A DNA stretch of 64,000 nucleotides from an uncultured Chloroflexia bacterium (GTDB taxonomy: Bacteria > Chloroflexota > Limnocylindria > QHBO01). The position numbers were made by a program, and so were the translations under genes. Under the pieces are notes generated by a model, which made no database searches, was not told where the DNA came from, and saw only the letters and a program-made list of their open reading frames with translations. The DNA is taken from positions 96,001 to 160,000 of the forward strand of contig CAWGTN010000002.1 in NCBI GenBank assembly GCA_963825525.1, written 5' to 3'. Of the stretch, positions 28,753 through 38,645 are shown piece by piece. Position 1 is the first letter of the stretch. Each line of letters begins with the position of its first letter.

Positions 28753-29888
28753 CCGACCGATCACAACACCCCGACCCGTTTGAGGAGGCACTGGCCGCCT
28801 CGCTGGAGCGATACACCGCCGATGTCGACGTCACCGGTGACGCGTATGCAATGGCAGATGCGATGCTCGGGGTGCGCCGACAGCACCGCTTCCGCATCGG
28901 CCTGGGTGCGGTCGCGGGCGGGCTCGCCACGGCGGTACTGGCCGTGATCGCAATCGGTGCGCTTGCGGAGCCGCAACCCCAGGTGGGACCCGCTTCGACG
29001 GAGTCGCCCCGAGCGACCGAGTCGCTGCAGCCGACGGAGGGTTTGATTCCGTCGCCGGAGCCGAGCGCCGAGACGCTCCCTGGTGTCGAGGCACCCGAAG
29101 CCTGCGGGTTCCCGGAGGGCACTGGGCTCTCGTACGCGGGCCGCTCGACGACGGCCAGACGCGGCGTCCAGGAGGTCGTGGGGGACAAGTGGAGCTTCGA
29201 GCCCGCCGACATCTACATCACCAGCGAGAAACAGGAACAGGCCAATGGGATCCGCGGGCGGCTGGTCTGCGCAATCTTCGTCAATGCGGACTTCGTCGAG
29301 GTCACCATGCATCCCGAAGATGGCGGGCGGTTCTCCCCCGCCCCCGAGTCGTCTGTCTTCGAGGCGACATGCTCACCGTCCCCGACTCCCGCACCACGGT
29401 CCGGCGACGAGCCGTACGTCGTCACTGCGACGGAACTCTGGGAGGCGGGCCAGTGCGGAGACGCGCTCGCCAGGTACGGCGGAGCCGATCTGACCCTCGT
29501 GGCTTACCCGTCGGGCCTGAACGGGGTCGTGGATCCGTGCCCGTCCCTGGAGCCGCCCTGGTTCCAAGACTGTTCGGTTGATGCGGTGGTCTTCCTTCGT
29601 GCGCCGGACGCACCTCGAGACGAACTTGGTCTGGGACCCACGGCCGCGGCTGTCATCCATCCGGACCTTGGCGCCCTGCCGGACATCCGGGACGACCTTG
29701 GCCTGGAGCCCGGAGCGACGACGCTCATGCGGTTCACCGCCCACTTCGACGACCCGGCCGCGTCCGAGTGCCGGTACGAGGAATGGAACGGGGGTCTAGG
29801 ACCGTCACCGACTCCCGGTGAGGTCGTTGAGGAGTGTCGCAGTACGCTCGTCATCACGGCGTTCGAACCTGTCGAGCCGTGCCGATGA
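28749..29888 (+). CDS. putative anti-sigma factor: single TM with Cys-containing extracytoplasmic domains
   Basis: Start overlaps the ECF stop (ATGA); short cytoplasmic N-terminus, TM, P/S/T linker, C-terminal AHFDDPAASEC...ECRSTLVIT. Confidence 0.7.
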   Translation: MTDRSQHPDPFEEALAASLERYTADVDVTGDAYAMADAMLGVRRQHRFRIGLGAVAGGLATAVLAVIAIGALAEPQPQVGPASTESPRATESLQPTEGLIPSPEPSAETLPGVEAPEACGFPEGTGLSYAGRSTTARRGVQEVVGDKWSFEPADIYITSEKQEQANGIRGRLVCAIFVNADFVEVTMHPEDGGRFSPAPESSVFEATCSPSPTPAPRSGDEPYVVTATELWEAGQCGDALARYGGADLTLVAYPSGLNGVVDPCPSLEPPWFQDCSVDAVVFLRAPDAPRDELGLGPTAAAVIHPDLGALPDIRDDLGLEPGATTLMRFTAHFDDPAASECRYEEWNGGLGPSPTPGEVVEECRSTLVITAFEPVEPCR

Positions 29889-29917
29889 GTTTATCTGTGG
29901 CGGCGGTCCAAACGGAC

Positions 29918-30559
29918 ATGAGCAAGGACACGCGCATACATCTCAGTTTCACTGGACGGCTACGTTGCGGGTCCCAACGAGACCATGGAGAATCCGCTCG
30001 GCGAGAACGGTGAGCGGCTGCACGACTGGGTGACCGAGCTGCGGTCCTGGCGCGAGCTCCAGGGCATGGAGGGCGGCGTAGAGAACGTCAGCAACGCCGT
30101 GGTGACCGAGGACAACGCCGACATCGGCGCCGAGATCATGGGTCGCGGCAAGTTCGGTCCGCCGAGCCGCGGCGCGTGGGGGCCGGACCCGTGGCAGGGA
30201 TGGTGGGGTGACGATCCGCCGTTCCACAAGCCGGTCTTCGTCCTCACGCACCACGAGCGGGAGCCGCTCACACTCTCGGACACGACCTACACCTTCGTGA
30301 CCGATGGCATCGAGGCGGCCCTCGACCGAGCGCGAGCCGCGGCGGGGGAGAAGGACGTCCTGATCGGCGGGGGTGCGAAGACGATCAACCAGTTCCTGGC
30401 CGCCGGTCTCGTGGACCAGCTGGGCCTCCACGTCGTGCCGATCATCCTCGGTGGCGGTGCCCGCCTCTTCGACGGTGTCGGGCCGGAGGTCGGGCTCAGC
30501 TCGTCCGGGTCATCGATGCCCCAGGCGTGACACACCTCACATACCGCCTTAAGAAGTAG
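29918..30559 (+). CDS. dihydrofolate reductase-like (RibD C-terminal) protein, apparent frameshifts near 29930 and 30497
   Basis: AYISVSLDGYVAGPN upstream of the ORF, IMGRG, PVFVLTH, IGGGA; C-terminal LVRVIDAPGVTHLTYRL lies in another frame. Confidence 0.85.
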
Positions 30560-30716
30560 GGCGATGCCGCGCACCATTGAGAGCAATCGCACCCCGACCA
30601 CGATCGGACGGCATAAGGGAGTTGCCGAGCGGGCATCCTTTCGTACATCTCGCATCGAGCTCGGGAAATGCAATAGCCTTGGTACTCGATTACGGCCTAA
30701 AGAGAGGGGAATTGCC

Positions 30717-31602
30717 ATGACCCGGATCCGCTCTGTGATGCCCGCGGTAGTTGTGGGGTTGATCCTCGTCGGTTGCGGACGAGTTGCCTCGTCAGCCGCA
30801 CCGTCGACGGTGCCATCGGTGGTCGACGGATCGTCCGGTCCCACCTCCTCGCCGACCCTGGCGCCGATGACCGAGGCGCCCCGCCCGACTGAGACGCCGA
30901 TGCCCAAGGTTCAGCTCGGCTATGGCGCACGCGTCGAGATCGACGACGACGCCGATCTGCACATGAGACCCGCCACGGCGTCAAGCGTCATCGGCTCCGT
31001 GCATGCCGGCCCGGTCGAAATCGAGATCATGGACGACGACACGGTGAGTCCGATGCTCGGACCGGTCGAGGCCGATGGCCTGATCTGGTATCCGGTTCGA
31101 TCGAGCGAGGGCCCCTTCGGCTGGCTGGGGCTCGACGAATCGACGTGGGAACCGATGGCGCCCGACTGCCCGACCTCCACTAGCCCGAGCGTCGAGGAGT
31201 TCCTGAGCATGGCGCCGGCGGAGCGTGTCGCCTGCTTCGGCGACCAACCAATGTCATTCACGGCTGCCGTCGCGCTGTCCGGCCTCGGCGGCTTGAGCCT
31301 GGCCAGCTTCGAGCCGGACTGGTTGGCCTCGCGGCTCACCACGAACATGCGGGTGTCGTCGGCATCGGGAGTCACGCTGAGCGCGCCGCTACACCTGGCA
31401 CCCGGCCTGTCGCTGGCCCGATCTCCCTCCGGGATCGGCGAACCCTTACGCGCTCCTGGACCTCGTGGTCCACGTCGCTGACCCTGCGGCGGAAGATTGC
31501 TTGATCACCGCGCCAGGTGCTTCGGGCCCGGAGGATCACGGAGCAACCGTTGCCTACTGCCGCGCGCAGATCGTCGCGACCGAGTTCGCATTCGCGGAGT
31601 AG
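30717..31602 (+). CDS. lipoprotein with SH3-like domain and C-terminal HxxDPAAxxC domain, apparent frameshift near 31430-31445
   Basis: Lipobox LILVGC; LHMRPATASSVIG...GPVEADGLIWYPVR; continuation HVADPAAEDC...YCRAQIVATEFAFAE* in a shifted frame. Confidence 0.72.
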
Positions 31603-31644
31603 GGCTCCGGGGACCAGCAGCGAGAAATAGGGAGGACCAAGCCG

Positions 31645-32163
31645 ATGCAGCCACCAACCGACAGCAAGAATCTCGACATCTACGGCTCGCCGCCGCTCGA
31701 GTGGGATCGGGTCGTGCACGCGCTCGATGAAGTCGACGAACTCCCCGTGGAGGATTCCGCCAGCCACTACTGGATCGCGACGACGCGACCGGACGGCCGC
31801 CCGCACGTGATGGGAGTCGGCCTCGTCTGGGACGACGGGAGGTTCTACATGTCCACGGGAGCAGGGACGCAGAAGGCGAAGAACCTCGCCCACGATCCAC
31901 GATGCATGGTGAGCATCGCGGCGCTGGGCCTCGACATCGCCATCGAGGGCGAGGCGCGGATCGTGCGCGACGAGGACGAGCTCCAGCGGATCGCCGTTCT
32001 GTACGCCGGCTGGGGCCCCGAGGTCCGGGACGGAGCGTTCTGGCACGAGTTCAGCGCCCCGAGCGCGGGTCCGCCGCCGTGGGACGTCTACGAGATCACC
32101 CCGACCACGTTCTATGCGGTGGCCACCCGAGAGCCGCACGGCGCGACGCGGTGGCGGGTGTGA
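31645..32163 (+). CDS. pyridoxamine 5'-phosphate oxidase-like (FMN/F420 split-barrel) protein
   Basis: WIATTRPDGRPH...KAKNLAHDPRC. Confidence 0.9.
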   Translation: MQPPTDSKNLDIYGSPPLEWDRVVHALDEVDELPVEDSASHYWIATTRPDGRPHVMGVGLVWDDGRFYMSTGAGTQKAKNLAHDPRCMVSIAALGLDIAIEGEARIVRDEDELQRIAVLYAGWGPEVRDGAFWHEFSAPSAGPPPWDVYEITPTTFYAVATREPHGATRWRV

Positions 32164-32615
32164 CGGCCGAATCGAAGACTGGGCTGCGCCTGGACAACGT
32201 CCTCGTCGTGGTCGAGGACCTCGACGCGGCCATTGCCTTCTTCATCGAGCTCGGGATGGAGCTCGAGGGACGTGCGCAGCTGGAAGGAGACTTCGTCGAC
32301 CGAGTGATCGGGATCGACGGCGCTCGTGACGAGATCGCCATGATGCGCACCCCCGATGGCCTCGGGAAGCTGGAGCTCACGCAGTTCGAGACGCCGGCGG
32401 CCGTTGGACCCAGCCCGAAGGACCTGCCGGTGAACGCACTCGGCTACCGCCGGGTCATGTTCTCGGTCGACGACCTCGACGCGGTGCTGGCTCGAGTTCT
32501 CGCCGCCGGCGCCGAGCTCGTGCGCGACGTGGTGCAGTACGAGGATGTCTATCGGCTCTGCTTCATCCGCGGGCCGGAGGGCCTCATCATCGGGCTGGCC
32601 CAGCCGCTGAGCTGA
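32160..32615 (+). CDS. VOC/glyoxalase family protein
   Basis: LDNVLVVVEDLDAAIAFF...YRLCFIRGPEGLIIGLAQ; GTG start overlaps the previous stop. Confidence 0.92.
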   Translation: MTAESKTGLRLDNVLVVVEDLDAAIAFFIELGMELEGRAQLEGDFVDRVIGIDGARDEIAMMRTPDGLGKLELTQFETPAAVGPSPKDLPVNALGYRRVMFSVDDLDAVLARVLAAGAELVRDVVQYEDVYRLCFIRGPEGLIIGLAQPLS

Positions 32616-32619
32616 CCAA

Positions 32620-32695
32620 CGGGGTTCGGCGGCGATGCTTCGAGACGTTCAAGGACAGCGAGGGCAACACGTACGAGCTGACCCAGACTGGCTGA
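32620..32695 (+). pseudogene. orphan 3' fragment of a VOC gene
   Basis: 32642-32695 reads ETFKDSEGNTYELTQTG*, matching the VOC C-terminal FxDxEGNxxEL motif; no start or N-terminus. Confidence 0.55.
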
Positions 32696-32738
32696 CGTCG
32701 CTGCGCGACTGGGAGCAGCATGAGCGCAACGAGCTGCT

Positions 32739-33251
32739 CTACTCCGGGATGGTGTTCGGCTCGGGCTCGGCCGGGATTGGCCCGTTCTCCAGGCGCGCCG
32801 CCTCACGAACGGTGTTGTAGAAGATCTGCACCGGGCCGATCAGGGCCGCCAGCATCAGGAACTCGAGATATCCGAGGCTGGCGACGATGAGATTCCCGAG
32901 CGTGACGACTGTCAGAACGGTCAGGCCGGCGATGATGGTCCAGCGCTCGCGCTCGCGCGGCCAGGCCGGCCCCGGTCGCGCCTGAAGGTATCCTCGGATA
33001 TACGGAATCACGAGAAGAATGGTTCCGACGCGCACCGTCAACGCCAGGTTCTCGCCCGTGATCGTGTATGCCGCCACGGTGCCAAAGCCTGCGAGGGTGA
33101 GGGCGAATCCCAGGAAGACGATGCTGGTGATCCGGTAGGCCGCAATCGGAGAATGTGCCAGCGGGCGACGGTCGAGCGCCGAGATCAGGCCCGCGAAGCC
33201 TGCCAGGGAGACGCCGAGGCCACCCATTGCCATGAAGAACGATTCATGCAC
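32739..33251 (-). CDS. hypothetical membrane protein
   Basis: About five TM segments, N-terminal GVSLAGFAGL. Confidence 0.7.
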   Translation of the reverse strand: MHESFFMAMGGLGVSLAGFAGLISALDRRPLAHSPIAAYRITSIVFLGFALTLAGFGTVAAYTITGENLALTVRVGTILLVIPYIRGYLQARPGPAWPRERERWTIIAGLTVLTVVTLGNLIVASLGYLEFLMLAALIGPVQIFYNTVREAARLENGPIPAEPEPNTIPE

Positions 33252-33330
33252 GCCGCCACGATACGTCGTGATCAGTCGGGAGTCACGAGTTTCGCCATCG
33301 TCAGGCGTGACAAGCGAACTGGAGTGACCG

Positions 33331-33846
33331 ATGCCATCCAACGATCCGAAGACGACCCTCGACCCTCGCTTCAGCAGCGAGGACGCGACGCCAACCCCGT
33401 GGTCGACCGCTCGCGATCAGCTGCGAGAGGCGATGAGCTATCAGCTGACGACGATCCGGGCGGACGGCCGCCCGCATCAGACGACCATCGCGGGCATCTG
33501 GCTCGATGACGCCTTCTCGTTCTCGACCAGCAGTGGCGAGCAGAAGGCGCGCAACCTGGCGGCCGGCAACCACCATGTCATCGTCACCGCGGGCAACTCC
33601 GGCTGGGATGGCCTGGACGTGATTCTCGAGGGTGAGGCGGTGGAGGTGACCGATGCGGACCGGCTCGGCCGCCTGGTCGATGCCTACCGCACGAAGTACG
33701 ACGACTTCTTCGAGTTCCGCCTTGAAGACGGCCGGCTGGTTGCCCCCGGCGCGATCGGGGACAACCTCGTGTTCGACGTCCGTCCGCGGAAGGCCTTCGG
33801 CTTCGCGAAGGGCGATGTGTTCAGCCAGACCCGCTGGCAGTTCTGA
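33331..33846 (+). CDS. pyridoxamine 5'-phosphate oxidase-like protein
   Basis: LTTIRADGRPH...QKARNL...FSQTRWQF. Confidence 0.9.
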   Translation: MPSNDPKTTLDPRFSSEDATPTPWSTARDQLREAMSYQLTTIRADGRPHQTTIAGIWLDDAFSFSTSSGEQKARNLAAGNHHVIVTAGNSGWDGLDVILEGEAVEVTDADRLGRLVDAYRTKYDDFFEFRLEDGRLVAPGAIGDNLVFDVRPRKAFGFAKGDVFSQTRWQF

Positions 33847-33880
33847 GGAGCGACCGACCCAGAGGCTGGTTTGCGGTGCG

Positions 33881-34357
33881 TCAGATGCTTCCGAGCCAGG
33901 CTCCGATGAGGTAGAGCAGCCCCAGGAGCGCACCGATCGCGAAGACCACGGCCGGCCGATCCCCGAAGGACGGCTCGACTGGGTCCGGTCGCGAGGGGCG
34001 GCGTTGTCGTGGCTGCGCGGCGACGCGGGACTCCGGCCAGGTCGTCCACGTTGCGTTCCGGGAGCGCGGCCCGTAGGTCGAGCCGTGCCACGGGGCGGTG
34101 CCTGCACCTGCCATATAGGGCGTCCCCGGCCAGGTCGTCGGTCGACGCTGCGCGTCGTACTGCGCCCGGCGCGCCGGGTTGGACACGATGCGCCATGCGT
34201 CGTTGATGCGCCGCATTCGCTCGGCAGCGGCCGCTCCCGGGTTGACGTCCGGGTGGAACGTCTTCGCCAGGCGTCGATGGGCGCGTGCCGCCTCGTCGCG
34301 GCTGGCCCCGGCCGGGATTCCCAAGGTGGCGTACGGATCGACGGTGGTGGTTGCCAT
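33881..34357 (-). CDS. J-domain (DnaJ class C) protein with C-terminal TM
   Basis: DPYATLG...FHPDVN...RINDAWRIVSNPARRAQYD. Confidence 0.9.
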   Translation of the reverse strand: MATTTVDPYATLGIPAGASRDEAARAHRRLAKTFHPDVNPGAAAAERMRRINDAWRIVSNPARRAQYDAQRRPTTWPGTPYMAGAGTAPWHGSTYGPRSRNATWTTWPESRVAAQPRQRRPSRPDPVEPSFGDRPAVVFAIGALLGLLYLIGAWLGSI

Positions 34358-34358
34358 G

Positions 34359-34766
34359 TCAGGCGCTCCTTGGTGGCAGCCGCGTGGCGCGGCCGGTATC
34401 GGTCCAGATGAGCAGGTCGGCGATCACGAGCAGGACGATCGCGAGCTCGATGCCCTTCGTCACCCAGCCCAAGGTGAAGTAGGGACCCATCGCCAGGTAG
34501 GCGACGATCGTGACCGATGCGAACGTCGCCAATCCCACCCGCGGCAGCCAGCCGAGCCGGCGGATCACCGGCATCGGGAGGCAGGCAGCCGCCAGGTAGG
34601 CGGCACCCAACGCCACGTAGCCCGCGGCGTTGAGCAGGAACAGCATGCCGCCCAATGTGAAGTGGATGTACGCCGTCGCGAGGGTGAGCTCGAGGATCAC
34701 CCCGGTGAGGAGGACTCTCGGTGTCGTGTTCAAGGTTCCGATCTCCAATTGATGGTCCGTCGTCAC
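34359..34766 (-). CDS. hypothetical membrane protein
   Basis: Four TMs with TAYIH, FLLNAAGY and TKGIE motifs. Confidence 0.75.
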   Translation of the reverse strand: MTTDHQLEIGTLNTTPRVLLTGVILELTLATAYIHFTLGGMLFLLNAAGYVALGAAYLAAACLPMPVIRRLGWLPRVGLATFASVTIVAYLAMGPYFTLGWVTKGIELAIVLLVIADLLIWTDTGRATRLPPRSA

Positions 34767-34772
34767 ACTGAG

Positions 34773-34848
34773 CACGAACCGACCGCGCCCGATGTGACCG
34801 ATCGAGCCACATCGGCGACCATGTCACACTCGCAGTGACGCATCCGTG
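34773..34848. promoter_or_regulatory. back-to-back ECF41-type promoters
   Basis: Plus strand TGTCACA(34822)-N16-CGTG before the sigma ATG; minus strand GGTCACA(34799)-N16-CGTG before GTG 34766. The ECF41 consensus is TGTCACA-N16-CGTC. Confidence 0.6.
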
Positions 34849-34856
34849 TTCGTTCC

Positions 34857-35759
34857 ATGACCCCACCACAATCCGACGACGACACGACCCGACGCGACTG
34901 GTTGGCCGGCGAGTTCGAGCGACACCGAGGTCACTTGCGCTCGGTCGCCTACCGGATGCTGGGCTCTGTCACCGAGGCGGATGATGCGGTCCAGGAGGCG
35001 TGGCTGCGCCTCGACCGCAGCGACCCCGGCGGCACCGACGACATGCGAGGTTGGTTGACCGTGGTCGTGGGCCGCATCTGCCTCGATGCCCTGCGGCGGC
35101 GCAAGTCACGGAACGAGCAGCTGGCCGGCTCGTGGCTGCCGGAACCGATCATCCGCATGGCCAACGACGCAGGACCGGAGCGCGACGCGGTCATGGCCGA
35201 CTCAGTCGGTCTGGCGCTACTGGTGGTGCTCGAGTCATTGAGCCCGGCGGAGCGCCTGGCGTTCGTGCTGCACGACGTGTTCGGCGTCCCGTTCGAGGAG
35301 ATCGCACCCGTCGTGGAGCGCACCCCGGCCGCGGCGCGCCAGCTCGCCAGTCGTGCCCGCCGCCGTGTGCGCTCCGAGGCTCCCGAGCCGGATGCGGACA
35401 TCGCCGTTCAGCGGCGAGCGGTCGACGCGTTCCTGGCGGCGGCGCGAGACGGTGACTTCGAGGGGCTGCTGCGCGTGCTCGACCCCGACGTGGTGCTCCG
35501 CGTCGATGGCGGACCGAACGCGCCTCGCGCCTTCTCCGGGCCGCCGCTCATCGGCGCCGAGGCCGTGGCGCGTGGAGCGGGCAATTTCCGTGGGGCTGCC
35601 CCGCGGGCAGAGCCGGTGCTCGTCAACGGCGCTGCCGGGCTGCTGGTGCGCTTCCCGGCTCGCTCACTCGTCGCGGCCTTCACCGTCGCCAATGGGCGCA
35701 TCGTGGAGATCGACATCATCGCCGACCCCGCGAAGCTCCGCGGGCTCGACCCGGCGTAG
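34857..35759 (+). CDS. ECF41/SigJ-type sigma factor with SnoaL-like C-terminal extension
   Basis: VAYRMLGSVTEADDAVQEAWLR, WLPEP, ERLAFVLHDVFG, DGG and VNG. Confidence 0.93.
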   Translation: MTPPQSDDDTTRRDWLAGEFERHRGHLRSVAYRMLGSVTEADDAVQEAWLRLDRSDPGGTDDMRGWLTVVVGRICLDALRRRKSRNEQLAGSWLPEPIIRMANDAGPERDAVMADSVGLALLVVLESLSPAERLAFVLHDVFGVPFEEIAPVVERTPAAARQLASRARRRVRSEAPEPDADIAVQRRAVDAFLAAARDGDFEGLLRVLDPDVVLRVDGGPNAPRAFSGPPLIGAEAVARGAGNFRGAAPRAEPVLVNGAAGLLVRFPARSLVAAFTVANGRIVEIDIIADPAKLRGLDPA

Positions 35760-35771
35760 CCGGAGGAAGCT

Positions 35772-35886
35772 CTCGATCCCTGCGACGCGCATGACGGAGC
35801 GCTGGAGCGGATGGAAGGCCTCGTACGGGACGCGTCGCGGCGATGTGACCGATCGGGCGGCGATCTGTTGCGCGCCGCGGGATGAG
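35772..35886. repeat. ~115-bp imperfect palindrome between convergent genes
   Basis: CTCGATCCCTGCGACGCGCA pairs imperfectly with TGCGCGCCGCGGGATGAG. Confidence 0.45.
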
Positions 35887-35900
35887 CGTGGTGGGCGGTG

Positions 35901-36173
35901 TCAGCGCCTGGTCAGTTTCGGGTTCAGCTTCACGAGCAGGACGATCCAGACCAGGAACGCGGCGATCCCGGCGCCGATCAGCGTCGGCCAGCCTCCACAC
36001 GGCACCGTCCAGGCGCTGAACATGCCGAAGCAGGTCGGCGGATCGGGATCGATGCCGCCGCCCCACGGGAACTGGAGCACGAACACGACGAGGCCTGCCA
36101 GGAGCGCGGCAACGCCCAGGCGCCTCGGCGACGGCGGCCGGGGATCAGCGGATGCCATTGGCGCTTCCGGCAA
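35901..36173 (-). CDS. small membrane protein
   Basis: Two TMs flanking a Cys-containing loop. Confidence 0.55.
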   Translation of the reverse strand: MPEAPMASADPRPPSPRRLGVAALLAGLVVFVLQFPWGGGIDPDPPTCFGMFSAWTVPCGGWPTLIGAGIAAFLVWIVLLVKLNPKLTRR

Positions 36174-36462
36174 GCATGAGCATCGCGAGCGGCACGAAGA
36201 TCAGGACCCCCAGGACCACGCCACCGGCCGTGACGAGCCTGGAGCGCATGCCAGAGGTCCGCATGTCGGACGGCACGCTCGATCGATCGCCGATGAAGGT
36301 CACCGCCAGCAGGCTCGAGAACACCACGATGAGCCACCACCCGGCGACCGCTGATTCGTCACCCACGGCGACACCGGCGATCCCGGACAGAATCAGCAGC
36401 ACGCACATCGCTCGGAGCAGCAGCATGCCGCTCACAATGCTCCGAAGCGTGCCCGTGGGCAA
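36145..36462 (-). CDS. small membrane protein
   Basis: Three hydrophobic segments. Confidence 0.55.
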   Translation of the reverse strand: MPTGTLRSIVSGMLLLRAMCVLLILSGIAGVAVGDESAVAGWWLIVVFSSLLAVTFIGDRSSVPSDMRTSGMRSRLVTAGGVVLGVLIFVPLAMLMLAGSANGIR

Positions 36463-36516
36463 GATCTGCAGCTCAATGTCGCTCTACCGATCGCGGTTCA
36501 GCGGGCGACGCGATCG

Positions 36517-36852
36517 CTACGCATCGGACTCTTGGGCCAGCTCCATGCGCAGCTCATCGGCTCGGCTGAGCTCGTCCGCGAGGCTGGCGCGGTCGGTCGA
36601 ATCGAGGGAGACCTGCTCGACCTGGTCGAGCAGTGCGGCGGCGCGGTCATCGTCGTCGAGGGCGTGGGCGGCATCGGCGCGAAGGATCCACGCCTGGACC
36701 CGAAGCCGATCGGAGGCGTCGGGGGTGGCGGCCAGGGCGTCATCGATCACCTTGGCCGTCGTCGCCGGATCGACCTTCGAGTAGAGGAGCAGGTTCGCCG
36801 CCGCCAGCGCACGCTCGAGGCGGGGGAGCGGCTCATCGGAGGCGGACCGCAT
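36517..36852 (-). CDS. hypothetical helical (TPR-like) protein
   Basis: Amphipathic helices; overlaps the upstream VOC stop. Confidence 0.6.
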   Translation of the reverse strand: MRSASDEPLPRLERALAAANLLLYSKVDPATTAKVIDDALAATPDASDRLRVQAWILRADAAHALDDDDRAAALLDQVEQVSLDSTDRASLADELSRADELRMELAQESDA

Positions 36853-37255
36853 CGGCGGCGACCAGGGGCTGGCCGATCCGGATGATGTTGCCGCCGGGAT
36901 CGGTCAGGAGGAACTGGCGCACGCCGTACGACATGTCACCGATTGCGCCGATGCGCGGGATGCCTCGCGTCGGGATCCGGCCGAGCGACGCCTTGAGCCC
37001 AGCCCGGAAGTCCGCGTACAGCCGATCGACGTCCGAGACCATCACGTAGCACGTGCTGTAGGAGTCGGCCGGCTCGTAGCCCTTCATCGTGAAGAACTGG
37101 AGCTCGATCGCGCCGCGCCGGATCGCGGCGAAGACGTTGGGCGACTTCTGCCGATACGTGACCTCGAACCCGAGCGACTCGTAGAACGCGATCTGGTCGT
37201 CGATCGATCGGGACGGGAGGATCGGGATCATCCGATCCGGCGGCAGCTCACTCAC
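36833..37255 (-). CDS. VOC/bleomycin-resistance family protein
   Basis: IPILPSRSIDDQIAFYESLGF...YGVRQFLLTDPGGNIIRIGQ. Confidence 0.9.
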   Translation of the reverse strand: MSELPPDRMIPILPSRSIDDQIAFYESLGFEVTYRQKSPNVFAAIRRGAIELQFFTMKGYEPADSYSTCYVMVSDVDRLYADFRAGLKASLGRIPTRGIPRIGAIGDMSYGVRQFLLTDPGGNIIRIGQPLVAADAVRLR

Positions 37256-37416
37256 CGTGCCGATGGTAGCGAGGGTCAGGGCCTCTCGGACCGTATGGCA
37301 GCACGCTGCCCGATTTCACCGATGCCCGCGATCCCCTTCGATCGGCACGAGGGGCAGTAGCGCCGGCCACCAAGTCGCGACATCGTGGGCATGATCCGCG
37401 ACCTCTAGCGGCGAGA

Positions 37417-38574
37417 TCAGAAGAACCCGCCCGACCCGTCCTTCCACATGCGATAGCCCTCCAGCTCATCGGATGAGCACATGGCGAGGCGCTCGTACGC
37501 CGGCTCCATCTTCGCGAAAGCCGGTCTCGACAGCGGCATGTGACCGATGCTGAACGTCGGGGCGTCGTGCCGGTCCAGGTGCAGCGACCAGGGATTGAGT
37601 TTGTCTGGCGGGATGTCGTACCGATCGGCGTACAGGCGGATGTGAACGCCTCGTCGCTCGACGCGCAGGATCTTTGCGATGCCGTACCCGTTCTCGTCCT
37701 TGACCGACACCAACGGAACGATCGTCGCGTCCAGGTCGCGCCCGAGTAGCGGTCCGCCGGCTTCCCGCCATCCGGCGATCTCCTCCGCCTCATCCGGGAA
37801 CACCGAGGCGGTGCCGCCGGGCTCGGGAAGCGCATCCGTGAAGGCCCCCGTCGTCAAAGCTAGGTGTGGCACCCCGACGCCGCCGTCGAGCGCGAGCAGC
37901 GGCTGACCGGCGATCGAGATTGAGGCGGTGCGCCGCAACGACGGTTCGAGCGGGCGCAGCGCGAGGGGATCGTCGAGCCGGGACTCGGTGTCCAGGATCT
38001 CGATGATGTCCTCCGGCCGCTGCTTCACGACGCCGGGCAGCAGGGCCAGATGCACGGCGTCCCGATCGACGGCGGTGACCTTGACGACGCGGAACCCGGC
38101 GAAGGCGTCGACCGTGTAGAGGGAGCCCTCGTTCGGGATGACGAGCGGGCGTTCGGCCAACCGGGCGAACGCATCGAGCTCTCGGCGTCCGGTCTTCGTG
38201 GTGGTCCCGCGCGTCACGCGCTCCATGACGCCGCTGAGCGGACCGAGCTCAACCGCAAGGTCGTACGTCACCGAGACTCGTGTGCCGCCGCCGATCGGCG
38301 CGAATGCAGCCTCCGTGCGATTGCGCGACCGCATGCCGTCTTCCTCGACGACATACGAGCGCCCAGGATGAGCTTCCGCCACACGAGTCGTGCGCTTCAT
38401 GCCCGGACCGAAGTCGAGGCGCAGCACCGTTCCCACCTCGGTCGCCGGCCCGGAAGCCTCGGCGACGCGGAGAAGCCCCATCTGCCACTGCGGCCACCGG
38501 CCGGCATCGGTCCAGAGCCGGTACGCATCGTCAGGCGGGAGCGCGACATCGACCGAGAGCTCGTAGCGTCCCAT
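37417..38574 (-). CDS. SRPBCC domain fused to two tandem copies of an uncharacterised domain
   Basis: N-terminal [13 protein letters not shown]; repeats [17 protein letters not shown]...VPHLALT..AF and [17 protein letters not shown]...IGHMPLS..AF. Confidence 0.75.
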   Translation of the reverse strand: MGRYELSVDVALPPDDAYRLWTDAGRWPQWQMGLLRVAEASGPATEVGTVLRLDFGPGMKRTTRVAEAHPGRSYVVEEDGMRSRNRTEAAFAPIGGGTRVSVTYDLAVELGPLSGVMERVTRGTTTKTGRRELDAFARLAERPLVIPNEGSLYTVDAFAGFRVVKVTAVDRDAVHLALLPGVVKQRPEDIIEILDTESRLDDPLALRPLEPSLRRTASISIAGQPLLALDGGVGVPHLALTTGAFTDALPEPGGTASVFPDEAEEIAGWREAGGPLLGRDLDATIVPLVSVKDENGYGIAKILRVERRGVHIRLYADRYDIPPDKLNPWSLHLDRHDAPTFSIGHMPLSRPAFAKMEPAYERLAMCSSDELEGYRMWKDGSGGFF

Positions 38575-38645
38575 GGTGTCGAATCCTAGTGGCCTCGATC
38601 GGTCCCTGGTTCGGTGTTGGCGAAAGCCGGGCCTACACTCGACGC

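Noticed and set aside
30560-30716. Riboswitch upstream of the lipoprotein gene
   Set aside because: Only weak nested complementarity, and no consensus I can match to a known class.
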